Assembly: GCA_030699125.1 (NCBI GenBank)
Contig: JAUYKM010000018.1
Span: 34,884 to 98,883, forward strand
Source: Candidatus Daviesbacteria bacterium
Lineage (GTDB): Bacteria; Patescibacteriota; Microgenomatia; Daviesbacterales; UBA10151
Direction of reading: 5' to 3'
DNA: 64,000 nucleotides
The translations under genes and the position numbers were made by a program. This document shows, piece by piece, positions 1 through 7,389 of the stretch (within the stretch, counting starts at the first letter, position 1; every line of letters begins with the position of its first letter). The notes under the pieces are model-generated. The model was given only the letters and a program-made list of their open reading frames with translations. It made no database searches and was not told where the DNA came from.

Positions 1-1561
1 ATTGGGCACTCACCTCAGTAGTTGATTTCCCCCATGTTCCATCATCTGCCGAACGGGATGCAATAGAAACAGAGGTATCCAAATTAAACTTCAAACCACT
101 GGTGTTAGTTAAAACTGCTCCCTTTGAAAGGGTAACTTCCCGATCAGTTTTATTCCTAAGAACCACTGTTCCTTTGGCCGGATCTCCTATCTCACGACTT
201 CCGGTGGCCCCTATTGAATCAGACCCTGATACCTCAGTTGTAACCAGCTCACCGGGAATTATTTTAGCTTCTCTGTCAATTTCTTTTTGTTTGGGATCTG
301 CTATAACTTGGGTTTCTTTCTCCAAAATCTGGGGTTCAACAAATATTTTAACATCTGCCTTAGGTAATAAAAGATAGGCGCCAATTATCCCAAAAATAAT
401 CAGTACAATAACTACAAAAAAGATAGTTCCTCTTGCTTTGGCTTTCTCAATTAATTTATTTACGAAACTAATATTAAAAAATGCCGGGAGTTTAAATTTT
501 CCAATTGACAACTGTGCTGGTGGAGCAAGTTCCTTAGAGAAATCATCATGTCGAGTAATTGGTTGATCAGGCGGTTGAACTAAATTTTCCTTTTCTTCTT
601 CCTCATTGATTTGCTCTGATATATCCCCCATGACAAATCCGCTGGCAGATAGCTCTGGCTTTGACTCCTCTTCCATTTCTTTTTTTTCAACAGACTCTTC
701 CTTTTCAGCGGGCTCTATCTCCTCAGATGGTTCTGACTCCCCCTCCTTAATCTCTTTTAGATCTGAGGCGGGCTTGGTAATTTGGGCTTTGGTATTTTTA
801 ACAAAAACTATCTCATTATTTACTTCAAACCCCCCGGCATAACAGATACTCTCTATTTCAACACCGGATGGGAGAATCTCAATTTTAGGAACATGTAAGA
901 ATGATAGATTCTGCATCCAGGAAAATTCATGCAGCTCATTTTTAATTTTTTCTAATTTTTCTTCCTCCAATCCATAAATTAATATCTTGGAAGGCAAAGT
1001 TTCCACATTAGTAAATGCGAGTAAAGCTTTCTCAATATCTACCCCACCATTTTCACCTCTGCCCACTACTCTGGTACCATCCAGTCTGCCGGCTCTGACC
1101 ACAGATACTGTCAAGTGTTCTGCCTCAAAACCTACTAAAATGGCTGTGGTTGGCACCCCCTCAGTTTTTTCCAAATAGTGAATTAAGGCATGTGAGGAGG
1201 CCACATAAGCCATGGGGGAAAGTTCCAAATCCTTGATCATATTCCTCAACACTTTTAGATATTCTCCCCTCAAATCATCATCAACTAACCATGAATCAGG
1301 TACGCCAAAGAGGATTTTTTCAGGCTCTATTTCTCTTACACCCAACACTTTATCTAGTAGAGAGTCTGTCACCCGCAGAAGATCTTGTAAAGAAGTATAT
1401 GTATCAGTGGCAGTTTCTAAAATCTGTAAATTACTTCCATCGATATTCCAAAGAGCGGCTGTTAATTTTTCATTAGATATATTTAAGGCAAAAAAATATT
1501 CTACTTGTGGTTCTTTTTTGCCAAAAGGTAAGATTGAAGTTAATTTATCGAGCAGACCCAT
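1..1561 (-). CDS. Partial CDS whose 3' end runs off the window. N-terminal actin-like (FtsA/PilM-like) domain, acidic linker, single TM helix and extracytoplasmic domain.
   Basis: ATG at 1559-1561 (minus), 5 nt after the alaS stop, with no stop before the window edge. The plus-strand ORFs over 102..1565 are S/T-rich antisense artefacts. A hand translation begins MGLLDKLTSILPFGKKEPQVEYFFALNIS...ILVGFEAEHLTVSVV, which resembles the FtsA/PilM N-terminus, followed by an E/K-rich linker and a hydrophobic helix. The frame was not verified codon by codon. Confidence 0.45.
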   Translation of the reverse strand, partial: MGLLDKLTSILPFGKKEPQVEYFFALNISNEKLTAALWNIDGSNLQILETATDTYTSLQDLLRVTDSLLDKVLGVREIEPEKILFGVPDSWLVDDDLRGEYLKVLRNMIKDLELSPMAYVASSHALIHYLEKTEGVPTTAILVGFEAEHLTVSVVRAGRLDGTRVVGRGENGGVDIEKALLAFTNVETLPSKILIYGLEEEKLEKIKNELHEFSWMQNLSFLHVPKIEILPSGVEIESICYAGGFEVNNEIVFVKNTKAQITKPASDLKEIKEGESEPSEEIEPAEKEESVEKKEMEEESKPELSASGFVMGDISEQINEEEEKENLVQPPDQPITRHDDFSKELAPPAQLSIGKFKLPAFFNISFVNKLIEKAKARGTIFFVVIVLIIFGIIGAYLLLPKADVKIFVEPQILEKETQVIADPKQKEIDREAKIIPGELVTTEVSGSDSIGATGSREIGDPAKGTVVLRNKTDREVTLSKGAVLTNTSGLKFNLDTSVSIASRSADDGTWGKSTTEVSAQ

Positions 1562-1566
1562 ATAAA

Positions 1567-3405
1567 TTATCTTAACACAACTTCGGCTCTAATGCGCCTG
1601 ATTCCGGAGGAAATTGCTTCCTCTTTGGCAATTTTTATTTTACCAATAGCACCTGTTTTTTCAACGTGAGGTCCGCCACAAAATTCCAGAGAATAATAAC
1701 CTCCTCGCAATCTTTTATCTTTTGCATCTGGACTAATCTTAAATCCCGGTCCCACTCCATAAATGGAAACCTTATCTGCATATTTTTCATTAAAAAGCCC
1801 GATGGCATTCATTTCCTTTGCCTTCTCCAAAGGAATAATTATATGATCTACCTGCAAATTTTCCTCAATTCTTTTGTTCACCAAATTTTCCACTTGTTTT
1901 ATCTCTTCCTCTGTCATTTTTCTATTAAAAGAAAAATCAAATCTAAGTCTCTCTGAAGTGATATTGGATCCTTTCTGAAAAACTTCCGGCCCTAAAACAT
2001 CGCGCAAAGCCTGGTGCAGAAGATGGGTAGCTGTATGATACTTGGTAACTATCTCAGAATGATCTGCCAACCCCCCTTTAAACATTCCTGCAGAGGCAGT
2101 TCTGGAAACTTCCCGGTGTTTCTCAAACTCTTTCCTAAATTGTTCTCTATCAACAATTTGTCCTTTTTCTTTAAATAATTCCTCAGTAATCTCCACCGGA
2201 AATCCATATGTCTGGTATAAATCAAAAGCTTTTTTTCCATCAATCTGATCAATCTTTTCCACCTCTTTTAATCCTTTTTCCAAAGTCTTAGTAAATCTAA
2301 AAACCTCAGTTGATATAATATCTGAGATAACTCTTTTATCTTTTTCAGTATCCAGATAAATCCCATCATAAATTTCTACAATGGCATCACAGACTGCCAC
2401 CACATCATGCTCATCAATTATTTTTTCCAATTTTCTCATCTTTATAACAGATCTCCTGATCAGTCTTCTTAAAACATAACCCTGCAATTTATTAGATGAT
2501 TCCACTCCTTGCACCACTAGAAAGGTAGCTGCCTTTAGGTGATCAATAATCACTCTCATCGCTTCTGCATTCTCTTCATATTTTTTGCCACTTATTGTTT
2601 CGATTATTCGAATAATTGGTACATAAAGATCTGTTTTGAAAACATCCGGAGTATCTAGCGTTGTAGCTGTTAATCTTTCTAACCCACCGCCAAAATCTAC
2701 ATTTTTTTGAGGAAGTTCTTTTAAAGTCCCATCTTCCTGTTTTCTATATTGGATAAAAACTGAATTACAAATTTCTAAAAACCTTCCGCAATCACAATTG
2801 GGATGACACTCTTTACCAAATTTTGGATCATGAGGTGTGCCAAAATCATAGAATACTTCAGAGTCAGGGCCACCAATTTCTCCTGCTGGCATTTTATCCG
2901 GAGGACCGGAACGAGACCACCAATTTTTATCTACTCCGTAAAAATGGATATGCTCATCCTCAACCCCAAGATTTTTCCATATTTCATATGATTCTGTATC
3001 CTTGGGCACATCATCAGTACCTTCAAAAACCGCTACATGTAATTTATTTTTATCCAGACCAATTTCTTTAGTTAAAAATTCCCAACACCATTTTAATTGT
3101 TCTTCCTTAAAATAATCCCCCAAAGACCAGTTGCCTAACATTTCAAAAAAGGTAGTATGTCTGTTATCCCCAACTTCCTCTATATCTTCAGCTCTAAAGG
3201 ATGGTTGGGAATTAACTAATCTTTTTCCTTCAGGATGTTCTTGTCCAAGTAAATAAGGAACCAGTGGCTGCATGCCGGATGAGGTAAATAAAGTTGTGGG
3301 ATCATTTTCTGGCACAAGCTTTGCAGGCGCAATTTCTTTATGTTTATAACCTTTTAGGTTTTTAAAAAACTCAATATACTTCTTTCGAATTGTTTTTGAA
3401 TCCAT
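1567..3405 (-). CDS. alaS: Alanyl-tRNA synthetase (short, CPR-type)
   Basis: 612 aa. Class II aaRS motifs, a C-terminal editing/second-domain HxxxH-CxxxH-like region (HTATHLLHQA, CGGPHV), and an AlaRS N-terminus FFKNLKGYKH. Confidence 0.9.
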   Translation of the reverse strand: MDSKTIRKKYIEFFKNLKGYKHKEIAPAKLVPENDPTTLFTSSGMQPLVPYLLGQEHPEGKRLVNSQPSFRAEDIEEVGDNRHTTFFEMLGNWSLGDYFKEEQLKWCWEFLTKEIGLDKNKLHVAVFEGTDDVPKDTESYEIWKNLGVEDEHIHFYGVDKNWWSRSGPPDKMPAGEIGGPDSEVFYDFGTPHDPKFGKECHPNCDCGRFLEICNSVFIQYRKQEDGTLKELPQKNVDFGGGLERLTATTLDTPDVFKTDLYVPIIRIIETISGKKYEENAEAMRVIIDHLKAATFLVVQGVESSNKLQGYVLRRLIRRSVIKMRKLEKIIDEHDVVAVCDAIVEIYDGIYLDTEKDKRVISDIISTEVFRFTKTLEKGLKEVEKIDQIDGKKAFDLYQTYGFPVEITEELFKEKGQIVDREQFRKEFEKHREVSRTASAGMFKGGLADHSEIVTKYHTATHLLHQALRDVLGPEVFQKGSNITSERLRFDFSFNRKMTEEEIKQVENLVNKRIEENLQVDHIIIPLEKAKEMNAIGLFNEKYADKVSIYGVGPGFKISPDAKDKRLRGGYYSLEFCGGPHVEKTGAIGKIKIAKEEAISSGIRRIRAEVVLR

Positions 3406-3435
3406 GAAGCCATTTTAACAAGAACAAGGAGGAAT

Positions 3436-3453
3436 GTCATTCCTGCGAAAGCA
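3436..3453. other. Perfect hairpin ttcctgc-gaaa-gcaggaa (GNRA-like loop) in the spacer between the module-copy-1 operon and alaS.
   Basis: 7-bp perfect stem with a 4-nt gaaa loop read directly. No U-tract, so it is not a canonical intrinsic terminator. Confidence 0.4.
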
Positions 3454-3467
3454 GGAATCCAATTAAA

Positions 3468-4094
3468 TCATTGAATAAATCTAATGGTGGAAATAATTTG
3501 ATTTTGTATCTCACTAAATGAAGTTTTCTTAAACGTAGATACAATGTATACAAATCCTCCATAGTCAGTATCTAAATGTAAATTTGGCCATTGTGGTACT
3601 AAACCTGCTCCCTTTGGATAATCTTCTGGTCTAACCAGATATTCTTTCCATTTGTAATCATTTATTATTCTTTCCTGTGGAGTAAGATTAAGATACATAT
3701 AGTATCTGTCTTGCTCTGCATTTCCAATGGGGATTTCTTCCATACGCATACTCAATACATTGTCGCCATATCTATCAATCATTATTGTCAAAAATTTTCT
3801 TGTTTGCATGGTTATAGGTAATTCTTCAAAACTTAAATCTGCAGGATATTTAAATTGAATACGATATTCTTTATTTGTATATGTTTTCCAATTTGCTGTT
3901 TCCACAGCACCAGTCGGTGCAGGACTCGCATCTGAAGTTGTCGAAGGTTGGATAGTTTGTTGAGGAGTAGGTTTATTTAAATTAATTTTTCCAGCATAAA
4001 TTAAATATCCACCAATTGCTGCAGCTATTAGTAAAACTATTAATATCGGCGCTAATCCTTTTTGTTTCACTAGCTTTAGTATACTACTTTTCAA
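3468..4094 (-). CDS. Membrane-anchored secreted protein, paralog 1 of the NWKTYT..FKYP family. N-terminal TM helix, P/S/T-rich linker and a conserved globular domain.
   Basis: 208 aa with an N-terminal helix LAPILIVLLIAAAIGGYLIY and motif ANWKTYTNKEYRIQFKYP. The C-terminus STIRFIQ matches the paralog at 41787..42392 (NTFKFIN). Overlaps the upstream protease gene by 11 nt. Confidence 0.75.
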   Translation of the reverse strand: MKSSILKLVKQKGLAPILIVLLIAAAIGGYLIYAGKINLNKPTPQQTIQPSTTSDASPAPTGAVETANWKTYTNKEYRIQFKYPADLSFEELPITMQTRKFLTIMIDRYGDNVLSMRMEEIPIGNAEQDRYYMYLNLTPQERIINDYKWKEYLVRPEDYPKGAGLVPQWPNLHLDTDYGGFVYIVSTFKKTSFSEIQNQIISTIRFIQ

Positions 4095-4494
4095 TTATTC
4101 TAATATCTAAATTCCATTTATATCTTTCAAAAGTAATTCTGGCTTTAGAAAAGAAATCCTCTTGTCCTAGTACACATTTAAAGGGTGTGTTTAGCTGATT
4201 ACTAAATTGCACCGGAATATTTAATTGATGTCCTCCTACTTCTATTGTGATTTTTGAAGAATAAGATAAAAATGGAGAACCGTTGATGCCAAATGACGTC
4301 TGAGGCTTTATATTTCCTAGATCGATCCCAAGTATATCAGCTATTTCCATAGTTAGGTATGAATAATCAGCTCCTGAGTCCACCAAACAGAGAATAGGTA
4401 AAGTTGATTTTTCCTGATGAATAAATTTGGCAGGAATCAGTGGTCTTTTTGTATCTTTAGGAATTCCCGGAAGTGTGGTGTATGGAAAATTCAT
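4084..4494 (-). CDS. Retropepsin-like (clan AA) aspartic protease, copy 1
   Basis: 136 aa. Active-site motif LVDSGADYSYL (D-S-G-A), no signal peptide. Its start overlaps the stop of the upstream small gene (TAATG). Confidence 0.8.
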   Translation of the reverse strand: MNFPYTTLPGIPKDTKRPLIPAKFIHQEKSTLPILCLVDSGADYSYLTMEIADILGIDLGNIKPQTSFGINGSPFLSYSSKITIEVGGHQLNIPVQFSNQLNTPFKCVLGQEDFFSKARITFERYKWNLDIRIIEK

Positions 4495-4691
4495 TAGCCA
4501 CTTGTAACATAACCACGATAATTTTTGGCAGCAGGAATTAACACAACATCCTCTCTTTTCTGTTTTTCAACTTTATCACTAACTTCTTTCAGTGTCTCTC
4601 CTGAGGCCACTACTCTTTTATAATCAGCAGTCATAGCCACCCAACCTGACGAAAAATTTTTAAGTAATTTAGATAGATTTACCGTTTGCAT
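4494..4691 (-). CDS. Small conserved protein (65 aa) paired with the retropepsin-like protease, resembling a DUF5678-type small protein.
   Basis: Motif GWVAM..VVASGETLKEV...VLIP is shared with the 73-aa paralog at 42973..43194 (GKWVAM..VVAHARTLHEV..VTQIP). Translationally coupled to the protease. Confidence 0.65.
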   Translation of the reverse strand: MQTVNLSKLLKNFSSGWVAMTADYKRVVASGETLKEVSDKVEKQKREDVVLIPAAKNYRGYVTSG

Positions 4692-4715
4692 ATGTTATAT
4701 TTTACCACACTTTAA

Positions 4716-4985
4716 TTATAAAACCTTTTTGTAGAATCTTTTGTGTTTTGGTTTAGATTCTTTTTTAGAAGATACTTGCTCGGCTCCTTTTTCCAAAGTG
4801 GCAATTAAGTTTTGACTTTTTTTATCTTGAAACTTTTTGTCCATCCCCAAATCCAAAACATCATTTAATCTATCTAGAGCCCTTTTTAAATTCTTTAAAA
4901 TTAAATAAACCTGAAAACCGGTAATACTTAAGAATACGGACAAAAGTATAATTAAAAAAATTAGCCCTATTTGTAAAATATCCAT
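4716..4985 (-). CDS. Small membrane protein (N-terminal TM helix plus charged coiled tail)
   Basis: 89 aa, LIFLIILLSVFLSITGFQVYLIL followed by a K/E-rich tail. Tightly packed in the operon. Confidence 0.55.
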   Translation of the reverse strand: MDILQIGLIFLIILLSVFLSITGFQVYLILKNLKRALDRLNDVLDLGMDKKFQDKKSQNLIATLEKGAEQVSSKKESKPKHKRFYKKVL

Positions 4986-5000
4986 ATTGTTAGATTAACA

Positions 5001-5642
5001 CTATTCCGGTTTGTAGAAAACATTTCTTTCTACCTCTGTCTCCTTCCCCTCTTTAGATCTGGCTGTGATGGAGATACTATTAATACTCTCCTTTAGTCTT
5101 ATTTCCTGAGAAAATCTACCGCTTATGTCCACTTGAATTTCCTGATCATTAATAGAAACTTTAGCCTCAGGATCAGTTCTTCCGGAAACAATAATAACCT
5201 CATTTTTATAAGTTTCCTGATCATTTGGTTGAGAAATTTCCAGGAAAGGAGTTCCAGCTAAAAAACGATATTCAAACCAAAGATAGGCAAAAAAAGAAAA
5301 AATTAGTACAACTACTATTGTTCCCAAAAGCTTGGCAGGCGTGATTCTTAATCTTTTTTTATCAATGGGACTAATAAAAGAATCTAAAATTCTGGGAGGA
5401 TTTTTATGGATAGAGTATTCTCTTCTATAAATTGCCAAAAGCTTAGATGTATCTAATTTTAAAAATTTACCGTAATTTTTAATAAAACCCTGAACAAAGG
5501 TGGGAGGGGGGAGTTTGATATAATCATCATTTTCCAAAGCTTTCAAAAGTTCAATTCTGATTTTGGTAATCTTTTCTATCTCTTCCAAGGTATAAAATTT
5601 TTTTTCTCTTTCTTCTTTTAAAATCTGGCCGACTGTACGCAT
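5001..5642 (-). CDS. RodZ-like helix-turn-helix membrane protein
   Basis: N-terminal HTH LEEIEKITKIRIELLKALENDDYIKLPPPTFVQGFIKNYGKFLKLD as in RodZ/XRE. A central TM helix and a C-terminal extracytoplasmic domain. Confidence 0.6.
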   Translation of the reverse strand: MRTVGQILKEEREKKFYTLEEIEKITKIRIELLKALENDDYIKLPPPTFVQGFIKNYGKFLKLDTSKLLAIYRREYSIHKNPPRILDSFISPIDKKRLRITPAKLLGTIVVVLIFSFFAYLWFEYRFLAGTPFLEISQPNDQETYKNEVIIVSGRTDPEAKVSINDQEIQVDISGRFSQEIRLKESINSISITARSKEGKETEVERNVFYKPE

Positions 5643-6191
5643 TTAGTTTAATTTAAAACTCCCTTCTCTTAGTATTTTAAATTTTCCATTTTTTTCTAAT
5701 TTTATTAATGTAGACGGCTTGGCACTGATTCTACCACTATCATGGTAATAATCCACCCTATTCCCAAAATATTTTTTTGCCTCAGCCAAAGTTTGCGAAG
5801 GTTTCCTTCCCTCAAAATTGGCCGAGGGAGCAACTAAAGGACCTGTTTGTTTTAATAACTCCGTTAGCTTTTCATCTTTTGGCATTCTAAATGCTAAACT
5901 TTCTGTCCCCCTGTGAAGATATTCAAAGTTCTTGCTAGAGATGGGCAAAATAACACTTAAAGGGTTAGGCCAGTGACTTTGGAGAAAATCTCTCTGATGC
6001 TGAGTTAACTTAATTCCAAACATTTCCAAATCCTTTATGGAACTAATCAAAATTATGAAAGGTTTATCTAAACTTCTTTTTCTTAATTGATAAATTCCTT
6101 CTACAGTTTTAGAATTTAATGCAGATCCCACAATTCCATAAATAGTATCTGTAGGGATCACCCAAATCCCCCCATTTTTTAAATCCCTCAT
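5643..6191 (-). CDS. tsaC: L-threonylcarbamoyladenylate synthase (YrdC/Sua5 family)
   Basis: 182 aa. YrdC-fold motifs IPTDTIYGIVGSA and KRSLDKPFIILISS. Confidence 0.8.
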   Translation of the reverse strand: MRDLKNGGIWVIPTDTIYGIVGSALNSKTVEGIYQLRKRSLDKPFIILISSIKDLEMFGIKLTQHQRDFLQSHWPNPLSVILPISSKNFEYLHRGTESLAFRMPKDEKLTELLKQTGPLVAPSANFEGRKPSQTLAEAKKYFGNRVDYYHDSGRISAKPSTLIKLEKNGKFKILREGSFKLN

Positions 6192-6295
6192 TTTGATTGT
6201 TTTCTTGTCAGAGGAAAATGAATGGAAAATAGCACTAAAGATGCCACAGAAATTAAATAAAAATATATAGTGGCAATTATTTTCCCAGACATAAA

Positions 6296-6505
6296 TTAGA
6301 TTACAGAAAATTCTACCGGTAGAGGGGTTCTTCTTTTAGGTAACTCTATGTATAGTTTCTCAAACCCTATCACCTTACCTCTTTTATCTTTACTCACGAT
6401 AGTCCCATCTCCAATCTCTTCACTAACCACTTCTTTCTTGGGATCATCAAACCAAACACTTAAAGTCTGGCCCTTTTTATCATAAAACATTTTGATCTTT
6501 GACAT
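6296..6505 (-). CDS. DUF2283-type small protein (antitoxin-like partner)
   Basis: 69 aa, KMFYDKKGQTLSVWFDD...GKVIGFEKL. Overlaps the upstream DUF4258-like gene by 26 nt. Confidence 0.65.
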   Translation of the reverse strand: MSKIKMFYDKKGQTLSVWFDDPKKEVVSEEIGDGTIVSKDKRGKVIGFEKLYIELPKRRTPLPVEFSVI

Positions 6506-6812
6506 ACACTACTTCTCCCTCCTTAATTCTATCAGTTAAATAAGCTGTAATCATATAGCCATTTTTTTTATCTATATGATCTGTTACTGCACAAACATTA
6601 AGCTTACCAATTTTCTTATAATACAAATGTACTCTTAAATCCTTTATGCTTCTTCTAACTTCATCAGGATCTTTTAAGGATTCTTTAACTTTAGCTTCAT
6701 ATTTGGCAATACTTGGATGTTTAATTGTTACAATCATTTGCCAATATGCTTTAGTAGTTCTGATAATAATACCAAGTGGTGTTTTAATCTTAAAGTATTC
6801 ATCAGAAACCAC
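6480..6812 (-). CDS. DUF4258-type protein (RelE-fold toxin-like partner)
   Basis: 110 aa. Paired with and overlapping a DUF2283-like gene, the classic DUF4258/DUF2283 arrangement. Confidence 0.55.
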   Translation of the reverse strand: MVSDEYFKIKTPLGIIIRTTKAYWQMIVTIKHPSIAKYEAKVKESLKDPDEVRRSIKDLRVHLYYKKIGKLNVCAVTDHIDKKNGYMITAYLTDRIKEGEVVYVKDQNVL

Positions 6813-6892
6813 AGCCTAATTATAAAATAATGAGTTCCCACTTACAATTGCCGCCTTCTGCTCTAATGATTCGTATCATCTATACAGACTAA

Positions 6893-6946
6893 AATGATTT
6901 AAATCATTGAATCAGAGATTATATAAGCTTATTCTCTGATTTTTTT
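6893..6946. terminator. Tandem inverted repeats at the HIT gene 3' end: a 16-nt perfect palindrome aatgatttaaatcatt, and a 9-bp stem aatcagaga/tctctgatt followed by TTTTTT (plus sense). Putative bidirectional terminator.
   Basis: Read directly. The second stem spans the HIT stop codon. The T-run follows on the plus strand and an A-run precedes it. Confidence 0.35.
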
Positions 6947-7387
6947 AGCCAGTTCTGCTAATTTGTTATCATCCTCTCTTTTATAATCATTAGAGGAAAT
7001 GTACCCTTCATATCTTGTAAAGTACTTTCTGACATAATTTTTTGAGGTTATTCTTTTCCATTTTTCCATTTTAGTTCCATGCATGGGGAATAATTTAGCA
7101 TGGACATGATCAATTGCAAAACCTTCAAAAATCATACCGGTCCTACCTACATCCTCCAATTTCTCATCAAGTAATTTGGCTACTTTTTTAGTTGCAATAA
7201 CCAAGTCCCTTAAAACATCATCTTCTAAATCAAATGCATAACTTGGGTAATGTTGTTTTGTAATTACTACTGAAAATCCTACTGTATTTGGGAAAATTGA
7301 TAAAAAGGCTAAATGTTTTTCATCTTCCCATATTAAATGTGAAGGGGCTTCTCCTTTAACAATTTTGCAGAATATACAATCATTCAT
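6929..7387 (-). CDS. HIT (histidine triad) family nucleotide hydrolase
   Basis: 152 aa. N-terminal CIFCKI and histidine triad AIDHVHAKLFP. Confidence 0.85.
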   Translation of the reverse strand: MNDCIFCKIVKGEAPSHLIWEDEKHLAFLSIFPNTVGFSVVITKQHYPSYAFDLEDDVLRDLVIATKKVAKLLDEKLEDVGRTGMIFEGFAIDHVHAKLFPMHGTKMEKWKRITSKNYVRKYFTRYEGYISSNDYKREDDNKLAELAKKIRE

Positions 7388-7389
7388 TA

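Noticed and set aside
102-1565. Plus-strand ORFs 102..377, 606..842, 987..1178, 1212..1565 and 1291..1476
   Set aside because: Their translations are low-complexity and S/T/L-rich, the typical antisense shadow of a real gene. A continuous minus-strand gene (start 1561, 5 nt after the alaS stop) covers the region.
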